Source: Bacilli bacterium (GTDB taxonomy: Bacteria > Bacillota_I > Bacilli_A > RF39 > UBA660). Taken from it: DNA of 37,948 bases. Under the pieces are notes generated by a model, which was not told where the DNA came from, did no database searches, and saw only the letters and a program-made list of their open reading frames with translations. The position numbers and the translations under genes are program-made. Numbering within the stretch: position 1 is the first letter of the stretch; every line of letters starts with the position of its first letter. The stretch covers positions 1 to 37,948 of the forward strand of contig SKJH01000104.1 in the NCBI GenBank assembly GCA_007116005.1, given 5' to 3'. Positions 1 through 7,944 of this stretch are shown in pieces.

Positions 1-199
1 CAGAATCTTTAAAAGAACCTGAATTATTATATTTTTTCACCCATCCATGCACTGTTGATGTAGATATATCATATTCCTTACTAATCTGATTTATTGATTT
101 TCCATTATTTATTAAATCGACAATTCTATTTTTTCTTTTTTACATCTATATTTTACCACCTTTCGGATTAAAGTTGTCTAATTTATTGTAACCTATCCA
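1..199 (-). mobile_element. End of an IS3-family-like insertion sequence: N-terminal HTH part of OrfA, cut by the window edge, with an in-frame TAA as codon 2 (probable pseudogene)
   Basis: Minus-strand frame 139->1 reads KRKNRIVDLINNGKSINQISKEYDISTSTVHGWVKKYNNSGSFKDS, an HTH followed by W-x-KKY as in IS3-family OrfA. The ATG at 145-143 has an AAAGGTGG Shine-Dalgarno (163-156) but is followed directly by TAA (142-140) in the same frame. The outer boundary near 199 (TGGATAGG... on the minus strand) is only a guess. Confidence 0.45.
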
Positions 200-311
200 A
201 TAATGGTAATAATTATAATTCATTATTACTAGGTTTTAGAGTATTTAGTATTTTAAAAATTAACAGAAAAAGCTTGCCTTTATTTTATTCGAATAAAGAA
301 TACATTTGGTT

Positions 312-349
312 CTATAAAATAAAAAACTTGCAATTGGTTTGCGCAAGTT
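312..349 (-). terminator. Rho-independent terminator downstream of the tRNA pair
   Basis: Minus strand: AACTTGC (349-343) pairs with GCAAGTT (331-325) across an 11-nt loop, followed by TTTTATTTTAT. Confidence 0.5.
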
Positions 350-358
350 ATTTTCAAA

Positions 359-432
359 TGGTGCCGCAACGGTGAATTGAACACCGATTAAAGCCTTACC
401 ATGGCCTCGTAATACCATTATACTATTGCGGC
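359..432 (-). tRNA. tRNA-Thr (anticodon GGT), CCA encoded
   Basis: The minus strand folds as GCCGCAA-TA-GTA..TAC-G-AGGCC-AT GGT AA-GGCTT-TAAT-CGGTG-TTCAATT-CACCG-TTGCGGC-A-CCA. It has a 7-bp acceptor stem, GG in the D loop, a TTCAATT T-loop, and T33/A37 flanking GGT. Length 74 nt. Confidence 0.8.
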
Positions 433-435
433 ATA

Positions 436-512
436 TGGCGTCCACAGGAGGATTCGAACCTCCGACCTATCCCTTAGGAGGGGATTGCTCTATCCAACTG
501 AGCTATGTGGAC
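436..512 (-). tRNA. tRNA-Arg (anticodon CCT), CCA encoded
   Basis: The minus strand folds as GTCCACA-TA-GCTC-AGTTGGATA-GAGC-A-ATCCC-CT CCT AA-GGGAT-AGGTC-GGAGG-TTCGAAT-CCTCC-TGTGGAC-G-CCA. All four stems are perfect. Length 77 nt, 3 nt from tRNA-Thr. Confidence 0.92.
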
Positions 513-520
513 ACAAAAAT

Positions 521-553
521 ATAATAACATAAAAGACTACAATTTTGTAGTCC
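521..553 (-). terminator. Rho-independent terminator after the HD-domain gene
   Basis: Minus strand: GACTACA (552-546) / TGTAGTC (541-535) with a 4-nt loop, followed by TTTTATGTTATTAT. It starts directly after the stop codon at 554-556. Confidence 0.6.
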
Positions 554-1072
554 TTATTTTATTATATTTGTAAAAATCATGAAACTTGGAATTACTTGTG
601 ATAAAATTTTATAATTTAATAATTTATTAAATTTTGATAAAAATTCATGAGTACCAATTATCTTATCAACAAAAGCAACCAAGAAACTTTCTTTATATTT
701 TGGTATTTTTGGTATTACAGGAAACATGTGTTTTACTATAATATCTTCTTCTAATTTATTTAACTTAAAATTTCTCCTTGAATTTCTAAGTGCAATATTA
801 TGATGTTTATATGTTAATTTTAAAGCTTTTTTACTTAAACTTTTACCATTTGTATTTGATAAAAAATAATCATGTAATAAACCAGCTCTTGCTACACTTT
901 CATAATCAAAATTTAATTTTTTTGCAATTTTGTACGAATAATATGAAACCTTTATTGAATGATCAAATTTTTTAATGCCATGGTGTATAGTATCTTGTGT
1001 TTTAATAAAATCACTATTATTAACAATAGGGTTAACAAGGCTCATAAATTCATTGTTTTGTTTTAAATCCAT
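554..1072 (-). CDS. HD-domain metal-dependent phosphohydrolase (172 aa)
   Basis: HHGIKKFDHSIKVS...ARAGLLHDYF gives the H...HD...D pattern of the HD superfamily. SD GAAGGGA lies 7 nt before the ATG. Confidence 0.8.
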   Translation of the reverse strand: MDLKQNNEFMSLVNPIVNNSDFIKTQDTIHHGIKKFDHSIKVSYYSYKIAKKLNFDYESVARAGLLHDYFLSNTNGKSLSKKALKLTYKHHNIALRNSRRNFKLNKLEEDIIVKHMFPVIPKIPKYKESFLVAFVDKIIGTHEFLSKFNKLLNYKILSQVIPSFMIFTNIIK

Positions 1073-1111
1073 AACTATATCCCTTCAAATTCTTTTTGAC
1101 TGACAAAATAA

Positions 1112-1140
1112 ATTATACTATATATTAGTTTTTTTGTCTA
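1112..1140 (-). promoter_or_regulatory. Sigma-A-type promoter for the HD gene
   Basis: -35 TAGACA (1140-1135), 17-nt spacer, -10 TATAAT (1117-1112), about 35 nt upstream of the ATG. Confidence 0.45.
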
Positions 1141-1145
1141 GTTGA

Positions 1146-2468
1146 TTATTCTTTTGCAGCTTTCAACATTTTGGTCCATAATTTAGATGAAGAATAGTTT
1201 AATATCCCTACTTTATATATTTTCAAGCCATATTTTGTCATTATAAACAACAATATTAACAAAATTATAATTGACAATAATATGTCAAGTATTCCTATTT
1301 GTCCTATTACTAATAAAGCTGGAGCTAATAAAGCAGAAATAAAAGGTATATATGATGCTATTCTAATAAACAGTGCACCTTCAAACATAGCAGACATCAT
1401 TGCTAAATAATAACCCGATAAAGATAAAATCATAATAGGAATTTGTATTTGTTGAAAATCTTCCATGTTAGTGGTCATTGATGCTAAAATCCCTGCTAGT
1501 AGTGAATATGCAATAAAACTTAATATAAATAAAATTATTGTAAGTGGTATTACATAAATTAATTTATCTATAAAACCTGATTCTGATAAATTATTAAGTA
1601 TATCTTTTAAATTAATTCCAACATCCGAAAATTCATCGATAAATGATTTGGATCCTAATAATCTTCTTAGTTGAAAACCTATAAATGAAAATAATAATAA
1701 TAAAGAACCTTGTATTATTACAAATATATTAGATGCTAATACTTTAGAAAAGAAATGAATTTTAGGTGATACATTAGAAATTATTATTTCCATACTTTTA
1801 GTTGTTTTTTCTTCATTAATTTCAGCGCCAATCATTTGTACTAAAAATATTACTAATAAGAAAAAAGGCAATATTAATGTAGGAAATACAATATTCATTA
1901 TAGTAGCCATGTTTTCTTCACTTTCAGTTTTTGATTCATCTAAAAACTCTCTACTAATTTCAACTGGAGTATTTATTTTAATTAAATCTTCCATACTTAT
2001 ATCTAACTCTTGATGTACAACAGATGATTTTGTAGTATTAATTGATGATACAATAAGTTGGTATAATATAGTATCTATATAGCTGTTAGAAATCACTAAT
2101 GCATTAATATAATTAATTTCATCATATTCAAGAACAATTAAAATATCATTAGTCGCTTCTATAATTTTTTTAGTATATTCAATATCTTTAGTTTGTAATT
2201 CTACAGAAAATTTTTCACTATGTCTTAATGAATCTTTAATATTATCAAAAGTATTCTCAAAGACAGTATATGAATTTCTGTTAGTATTATCAATAACAAA
2301 TATAGTGGTTTCTTTATTAAAGTCCCCTCCAAAGAATGAAATAACAAAATCTAAATTCATTAAAGTTAAAATAATTACCGCTAATATAACGTTTATTATT
2401 TTAAACCATTTATTATTAATTTTTTTAATTAAACTTGTTTTAGTTAGAAAATTAAATTTATTTCTCAT
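1146..2468 (-). CDS. ABC-2 type transporter permease, NatB/YhaP-like
   Basis: It has one N-terminal TM helix, a soluble loop of about 170 aa, then a C-terminal bundle of about 6 hydrophobic helices. I place the start at the ATG at 2468 (SD GTAGGTGA) rather than the track's GTG at 2477. It overlaps the upstream ATPase gene by 11 nt. Confidence 0.8.
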   Translation of the reverse strand: MRNKFNFLTKTSLIKKINNKWFKIINVILAVIILTLMNLDFVISFFGGDFNKETTIFVIDNTNRNSYTVFENTFDNIKDSLRHSEKFSVELQTKDIEYTKKIIEATNDILIVLEYDEINYINALVISNSYIDTILYQLIVSSINTTKSSVVHQELDISMEDLIKINTPVEISREFLDESKTESEENMATIMNIVFPTLILPFFLLVIFLVQMIGAEINEEKTTKSMEIIISNVSPKIHFFSKVLASNIFVIIQGSLLLLFSFIGFQLRRLLGSKSFIDEFSDVGINLKDILNNLSESGFIDKLIYVIPLTIILFILSFIAYSLLAGILASMTTNMEDFQQIQIPIMILSLSGYYLAMMSAMFEGALFIRIASYIPFISALLAPALLVIGQIGILDILLSIIILLILLFIMTKYGLKIYKVGILNYSSSKLWTKMLKAAKE

Positions 2469-3357
2469 AACGTTCACCTACTTTAGATACAAATATTTCA
2501 TTTAAAGATGGTTCTTCAACAGTAAATTTGGTTATATCACTTTTTTTAGATATAACTTTAAAAACATCTTCAACATATTTTTCGTCTTCAATTTTAACTT
2601 CATATTCATCACTTTTCTTTATAACTTCAGCTACACCCTTAATTGATGAAAGATCTTTTTTTGTAACATTACCTTTAATCAATATATTTTTTTTCCTATA
2701 TTTCTTTTTAATATCTGTTAAATAACCCTCTAAAACGGATTTACCGTCTACTAAAACTAATAATTTTTCACAAAACAATTCAACGTGTTCCATCCTATGT
2801 GATGAAAAAATAATTATTGTTCCTTGTTCTTTTAATTTTAATATTTCTTTTTTAAATAGTTCAACATTAACAGGATCAAGTCCACTAAAAGGTTCATCAA
2901 GAATTAACAATTTAGGTTCATTAATAATTGCTGTAATAAATTGAATTTTTTGTTGATTACCTTTTGACAATTCTTTAATCTTTCTATGTTTGTAATCACT
3001 TATTTCAAAAGTTTTTAATAATTTATCTAATTTAGGTTCAATCTCATCTTCTTTTAAACCTTTTAAAACACCAAAAAAATTGGCCTGCTCTAATACTGTA
3101 AGTTTGGTAAGAAGACTTCTTTCTTCAGTTAAAAAACCAATTTTATCAGAAAAAGAATAATCGATTTTTTTACCATCTAATCTAACATCACCCTCATTAC
3201 TGTCTAATAATCCCATCATTATTCTAAAGGTAGTAGTTTTACCAGCGCCATTTACCCCTAATAGTCCAAATATTTCACCTTTTCCAACAGAAAAAGATAG
3301 CCTGTCCACCGCCTTAATATCACCATAATATTTGGTAATATTTTTAATTTCTAACAT
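2458..3357 (-). CDS. ABC transporter ATP-binding protein, NatA/YhaQ-like
   Basis: Walker A GVNGAGKTT, signature LSKGNQQK, Walker B LLILDEPFSGLD, H-loop SSHRM. SD AAGGAGTG lies inside the end of the upstream M16 gene. Confidence 0.92.
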   Translation of the reverse strand: MLEIKNITKYYGDIKAVDRLSFSVGKGEIFGLLGVNGAGKTTTFRIMMGLLDSNEGDVRLDGKKIDYSFSDKIGFLTEERSLLTKLTVLEQANFFGVLKGLKEDEIEPKLDKLLKTFEISDYKHRKIKELSKGNQQKIQFITAIINEPKLLILDEPFSGLDPVNVELFKKEILKLKEQGTIIIFSSHRMEHVELFCEKLLVLVDGKSVLEGYLTDIKKKYRKKNILIKGNVTKKDLSSIKGVAEVIKKSDEYEVKIEDEKYVEDVFKVISKKSDITKFTVEEPSLNEIFVSKVGERYEK

Positions 3358-3361
3358 ATTT

Positions 3362-4651
3362 TCACTCCTTAATTTTTATAGGTTTGATTATAAATGTACT
3401 TGTATTACTTAAATCTAATTTCAAAATCATTTTATCTAACTCTTCTTTATTTAATGAATCTACTATATCATATATATCACAATCACATTTGCCATACGTT
3501 ATAATATTATCTAAAATATTTCTGTTTATATCTGAAATATTTTCATAAATATATATTAAGGAACTTTTAAATACTTTTTTTCTTCTTTCTAAAAAATCTT
3601 CATCTACATTAATATCTTTAAGATGTTTATCTATATTAAATAATAATTCATCATATTTTTTTGATTTACATACTAATATAACAATCTTATGGTCTTTAGT
3701 ATCAATCATTTCTATATCTAATGATGAATCTAATAATTTTTCGTTAGTTATTCTTTCATTAAATTCTGATGTTTCTCCAAAAAGATAATAAAAACAAGTT
3801 GCAAAGTATAAATTTCTTTTTTTATGGTCCATATTTTTAATGTTTTTTAAAGGAATTTTAATTCCAAATGAAAGATAAGGTGTATCAATATTCATTTTTT
3901 GTTGGTCATGTTTTTTCGCAACTTTATTTGGTTCTATATAATCTTTTAATATAGGTATCTCTTTTTTCTCAAATTCTTTTTTATTCTGGTTTTCTTTAAT
4001 TATATTAATTATATCTTCTGGATTAAAATTTCCTGTTAGTACAAGGAACATATTATTTGGATTATAAAATGTATTATAACATGTATATAAGTCTTCTTTA
4101 GTAATTTTTCTTATATCCTCTACTCTACCCGCAATAGAGTATTTCATTGGATGATTAATAAATATATTATATAATAATTTTTCATATATAATTCTATCAG
4201 CTTTATCATCATACATTTTTATTTCTTGTTCTATAATTCCTTTTTCCTTTTCTACATTTTCATCTGTAAAATAAGGCTTTTGAACAAAATCTAATAAATA
4301 GTTTAAATTGTTTTCAAGTTCAGTATTACCTGAGAACAAATATGAAGTATTATAATAATTTGTAAATGCATTACAATATGTTCCACTTTCTGCAAAAAAA
4401 GAAAAAGGATCACGCCCATCCTCTTGTTCAAACATTTTATGTTCAAGAAAGTGAGCAATACCAGTAGGAACCTTTATAAACTTCTTTTTATCACTGTTTT
4501 TAAATTCATTATGGATACCACCATATTTTGTTGTAAATGATGCAAACGTTTCTGTAGATGTTGTTTTTGGTACCATATATACTTCCATACCATTTTCTAA
4601 CTTTTCATAATATAAAGATTCATCAATATTTTTAATCTGTATCTTTTTCAT
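3362..4651 (-). CDS. M16 family zinc peptidase, catalytic partner (HxxEH present)
   Basis: The inverted zinc motif AHFLEHKMFE is present. Start moved to the ATG at 4651 (MKKIQIK...) behind SD GGGAGAG. It overlaps the upstream M16 gene by 20 nt. Confidence 0.88.
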   Translation of the reverse strand: MKKIQIKNIDESLYYEKLENGMEVYMVPKTTSTETFASFTTKYGGIHNEFKNSDKKKFIKVPTGIAHFLEHKMFEQEDGRDPFSFFAESGTYCNAFTNYYNTSYLFSGNTELENNLNYLLDFVQKPYFTDENVEKEKGIIEQEIKMYDDKADRIIYEKLLYNIFINHPMKYSIAGRVEDIRKITKEDLYTCYNTFYNPNNMFLVLTGNFNPEDIINIIKENQNKKEFEKKEIPILKDYIEPNKVAKKHDQQKMNIDTPYLSFGIKIPLKNIKNMDHKKRNLYFATCFYYLFGETSEFNERITNEKLLDSSLDIEMIDTKDHKIVILVCKSKKYDELLFNIDKHLKDINVDEDFLERRKKVFKSSLIYIYENISDINRNILDNIITYGKCDCDIYDIVDSLNKEELDKMILKLDLSNTSTFIIKPIKIKE

Positions 4652-5912
4652 TTTTATCTCTCCCGCATAATAGTACAACAGTATCCGTTTTAACTTTATT
4701 ACCAAATTTTATTATGTCCTCTTTAGTTACTTTTTTAAACTTTTTTATTTTGTCTTTAATTTCATCACTATTCAACACTTCTCTTCCAAAATAATAATTT
4801 ATTATATCGGTGGGGTTATCTGTAATTGTTTGTATATTAGTTAATATATCACTTTTAGCATTTTCTAATTCTTTATCTGATATAGATTTAGTTATATTTT
4901 TTAATTCTTTTCTAATAAGTCTTAAAGTTTTTTCAAAATTTTCTTTTTGAATACCTGAAGTAATAAGCATAATACTAGACGGAGCCTTAGTAGCAGCAGA
5001 AATGTTGTACGCAAGGGAATGTTTTTCTCTTACACTTTGAAATAATCTTGAATATGCACTTCCTCCTAATATTTGAGCATATATTGGAAAAACATATCTT
5101 CTTTCAAAGTCAGAAATATTTATTAATTTAAGTGCAACAGATATCTTTGATTGTTGTAATAAGTCTTCTTCAACTATTTTCTTTTTAATTCTTTTTCTAT
5201 ATTCATTATAATTAATCCATAATTTCTTTTTTTGTTTTTTTATTGTATTAATTCTAAAATTTGTTTGAAAGAATTGTTTTATCATATTAGTATCTATATC
5301 ACCAACAATAAATATATCTATAATGTCACTGTTTAATACATTTAAATAATAATTATATAAATTTTCTTTAGTAATTTTATTTAAATCTTCAATATATCCC
5401 CACGTGTGAAATGAACTTGGATTTTCATGATCCATTTCTTCTAGCACTTTAATTAAACTATATATATCAGTATTATCTTTTATAGAATTAATAGTAGTTT
5501 CTATTCTGTTTTTAATAATATTAAAATTTTTCTCATTAAAAGCATCATTTTCTATATTAGGATTAAAAATTATATCAAATAAGAATTGTAAGCTTTTTTC
5601 TGTTATGCCTGGTTCACTAAATTTATCATTTAATATTTTAACATCTATTGATGAATTTATATAATTACCAAAAATTTGTAATTTATATCCTAAATTTAAT
5701 AAATAAAGTTCTTCTTGTTGTATTTCCATAAGACGTTTAGAATTTATTTTTTTTGTTGAGTCACATAATAAAGAAAACAAAAATTTTCTAGCAGTTATTT
5801 CTTGTCTTTTAACTGGTCTTCTGAAGTTAACAGAAACTGAAATAGTTTTAAATTTTTCTGTTTTTATAAAATGTAAATTGTATGCTCCCATATTTATTTT
5901 TTCGCAATCCAT
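4632..5912 (-). CDS. M16 family peptidase-like protein, non-catalytic partner (no HxxEH)
   Basis: It has the same length and two-lobed M16B architecture as its neighbour, but the zinc-motif position reads ARKFLFSLLCDS. SD GAAGGTGAG precedes the ATG at 5912. Confidence 0.8.
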   Translation of the reverse strand: MDCEKINMGAYNLHFIKTEKFKTISVSVNFRRPVKRQEITARKFLFSLLCDSTKKINSKRLMEIQQEELYLLNLGYKLQIFGNYINSSIDVKILNDKFSEPGITEKSLQFLFDIIFNPNIENDAFNEKNFNIIKNRIETTINSIKDNTDIYSLIKVLEEMDHENPSSFHTWGYIEDLNKITKENLYNYYLNVLNSDIIDIFIVGDIDTNMIKQFFQTNFRINTIKKQKKKLWINYNEYRKRIKKKIVEEDLLQQSKISVALKLINISDFERRYVFPIYAQILGGSAYSRLFQSVREKHSLAYNISAATKAPSSIMLITSGIQKENFEKTLRLIRKELKNITKSISDKELENAKSDILTNIQTITDNPTDIINYYFGREVLNSDEIKDKIKKFKKVTKEDIIKFGNKVKTDTVVLLCGRDKNEKDTD

Positions 5913-5956
5913 GTTCTCACCTTCAATCTTTATTAGTATATGAAAAAATATTATAT

Positions 5957-6673
5957 TTATAAATTTATTGCTGTTTTTAAAGAGAGTTCAATCATTTGAT
6001 TTAAGGATTTTTCTCTATCTTCTGGTGATATATCATTATTTTTAAACATTGAATCAGAAACAGTCAAAATACAAGCCGCTTCTTTATTAAATATTTTTGC
6101 ATTGTGAAATAGTGCAAAAGCTTCCATTTCAGCACCTATACAATTATATTGGTTTAATGGTACATCAATATTAATATTTGTCATGTATGGTGTGAATACT
6201 TCGCTTGTATGTATATTTCCTTTTTTTATTTTTATATTATTATTTATAGCGATTTCCTCTATTTTATCATTTAATTTTTCTGTTGCAGAAATAAGTTTCT
6301 CATTACAATTATTTTGCAATAATGCATATGAAGATTCACTATAACTATTATTTACTAAAATAATGTCTAAGAGTTCCAAATCTTTAATATATGCTCCACA
6401 TGTTCCTATTCTTATAATTTTATCTACATTATAAAATTTATAAAGTTCATATGAATATATTCCCATACTTGGTATTCCCATTCCTGAACCGATAACAGTT
6501 ATTTTTACATCTTTGTAATATCCAGTGAATCCAAGCATGTTTCTAATGTTATTTATAACCTTTACATTAGTTAAAAAATTATCAGCAATATATTTTGCTC
6601 TTAAAGGATCACCCGGCATTAAAACTATTTTTGCAATATCATCAATTTTTGCTTCTAAATGTGGTGTTAACAT
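5957..6673 (-). CDS. deoD: Purine nucleoside phosphorylase, DeoD type
   Basis: MLTPHLEAKIDDIAKIVLMPGDPLRAKYIADNFL matches the DeoD N-terminus, with ...GAEMEAFALF downstream. The ATG at 6673 has a GGAG SD. The track's longer start (6706) lies inside the T-tract of the upstream terminator. Confidence 0.95.
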   Translation of the reverse strand: MLTPHLEAKIDDIAKIVLMPGDPLRAKYIADNFLTNVKVINNIRNMLGFTGYYKDVKITVIGSGMGIPSMGIYSYELYKFYNVDKIIRIGTCGAYIKDLELLDIILVNNSYSESSYALLQNNCNEKLISATEKLNDKIEEIAINNNIKIKKGNIHTSEVFTPYMTNINIDVPLNQYNCIGAEMEAFALFHNAKIFNKEAACILTVSDSMFKNNDISPEDREKSLNQMIELSLKTAINL

Positions 6674-6704
6674 ATAATCATCTCCTATAGATATTATAAC
6701 ATGC

Positions 6705-6741
6705 AAAAGAAAAAAAATAAAAGACTCAAATTTAGTCTTTT
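6705..6741 (-). terminator. Rho-independent terminator after the tandem paralog pair
   Basis: Minus strand: AAAAGACT (6741-6734) / AGTCTTTT (6726-6719) with a 7-nt loop, then ATTTTTTTTCTTTT. Confidence 0.7.
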
Positions 6742-6750
6742 ATAAAAATA

Positions 6751-7269
6751 CTAGTTACAAACAAACCCTTGTAATTTAACAGTTTCAATAAAAACATCTT
6801 TTTCTCTAGTTATTGTTTCAATTTCTATATCATAACTTGATTTTTCAAAGTCTTCATCCCAAAAATTTTGTTTTTCTAATTTTTCTAAATTCATATTAAC
6901 AGTGATATTTAAATCAGTATCTTCAGGAAAAATATCAAAATCAAAACCATTATATTTTTCTTTTATATTATTAAATGTCCTTTGTAACATAACTATTGAA
7001 AAATCAATAGCCATCAAATCATCTTTTGTAAAATAACTGTTACTTTGAATTTCTACTTCTTTAACATAATTTTTATTTAATGTGGCAAATATTTTATGTT
7101 CAGTTGGTATACCAGTAAATTCACATTTATCCGTTAAAAAACATTCTATTTTGTTGTCACCAAAATAATCAGTTATTTTGGTGATTCCAAAAAAGTCAAA
7201 TTTAAATAATGTAACAATCATATAAAACACTATTACAACTACTAAAAGTATTTTTGCAAAAACTTTCAT
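6751..7269 (-). CDS. Hypothetical membrane-anchored protein, paralog 1 (172 aa)
   Basis: An N-terminal TM helix (ILLVVVIVFYMIVTLF) precedes a soluble domain. It shares LFKFD, ECFL, KxKYxGFxFxI, LEKQNFWD and a C-terminal GFVC with the adjacent ORF. Start set at the ATG at 7269 (SD GGTGAG). Confidence 0.7.
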   Translation of the reverse strand: MKVFAKILLVVVIVFYMIVTLFKFDFFGITKITDYFGDNKIECFLTDKCEFTGIPTEHKIFATLNKNYVKEVEIQSNSYFTKDDLMAIDFSIVMLQRTFNNIKEKYNGFDFDIFPEDTDLNITVNMNLEKLEKQNFWDEDFEKSSYDIEIETITREKDVFIETVKLQGFVCN

Positions 7270-7303
7270 ACTTCTCACCAATTATTACCTTTCTAAATTG
7301 TAC

Positions 7304-7834
7304 TTAAATACAAATAAAACCTTCTTCAGCAACTCTTTCATTAAATTCTGTTTTATTTTTTCTAAATATATCAAAACCAAATTCTAATTTATTTGAATTT
7401 TTATCCCAAAAATTCTGTTTTTCTAACTCACTCATATTAAAATGCAGTTCTGAAAAAAAGTTATTATATTGAGTGTGAATTTCAAAATAAAAACCAACAT
7501 ATTCTTTTTGAAGATTAAAAAAGAATTCTTTTCTGGGTACAATTAAATCATCAATATATTCTAAATTTTCATCTGGAACATGTCCATGTCTAATTAAAAT
7601 TATATCCCTGATTAAATCATCATTATCATAAAAAACGATAACGGTATTCTCAAGTTCAATATTAAATATATCATCGAATTTCATTAAAAAACATTCACCC
7701 ATATTTAAGGAAAGATCTATACCGCCATTATTATTATTATCATTATTTAAAGTTAGTATATCAAATTTAAATAATGAAATTGTTATAAAAAAAATTAACA
7801 TTAGTCCTAAAGAAATTTTTGGAATTAAATACAT
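7304..7834 (-). CDS. Hypothetical membrane-anchored protein, paralog 2 (176 aa)
   Basis: It has an N-terminal TM helix (ISLGLMLIFFITISLF) and the same motif set (LFKFD, ECFL, QKEYVGFYFEI, LEKQNFWD, GFIC). SD ACAGGTGATG precedes the ATG. Confidence 0.7.
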   Translation of the reverse strand: MYLIPKISLGLMLIFFITISLFKFDILTLNNDNNNNGGIDLSLNMGECFLMKFDDIFNIELENTVIVFYDNDDLIRDIILIRHGHVPDENLEYIDDLIVPRKEFFFNLQKEYVGFYFEIHTQYNNFFSELHFNMSELEKQNFWDKNSNKLEFGFDIFRKNKTEFNERVAEEGFICI

Positions 7835-7911
7835 TTACATCACCTGTTCCTTTTCTATTATAATAATACCATAAATATAATAAAAATTAAAACAGTTTCT
7901 ATTACATTTTT

Positions 7912-7944
7912 ATAAAAAATGACATTATTTATAAATAATGTCAT
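7912..7944 (-). terminator. Rho-independent terminator of lon, overlapping its stop codon
   Basis: A 26-nt perfect palindrome ATGACATTATTTA|TAAATAATGTCAT (7919-7944) is followed on the minus strand by TTTTTATA. The lon TAA is at 7925-7927, inside the stem. Confidence 0.7.

Noticed and set aside
284-297. 14-nt perfect palindrome TTTATTCGAATAAA in the tRNA-IS spacer
   Set aside because: It is short and almost pure A/T, so it is expected by chance at this base composition. It has no flanking U-tract and no partner site.
260-445. 61-aa minus-strand track ORF
   Set aside because: It runs straight through tRNA-Thr, part of tRNA-Arg and the tRNA terminator, and it has no SD. It is an artefact of the structured RNA region.
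4652-4705. Longer N-termini given by the ORF track for 3362..4705, and likewise for 1146..2477, 5957..6706, 6751..7281, 10341..11627, 11675..12157, 19178..20476, 28142..28861, 32681..34471, 36343..36894 and 36884..37900
   Set aside because: In each case the extension starts at a TTG/GTG/ATG with no SD. It runs into the upstream gene, a terminator or a promoter. A downstream start codon with a clear GGAGG-type SD gives the canonical protein N-terminus, so I used the shorter coordinates.
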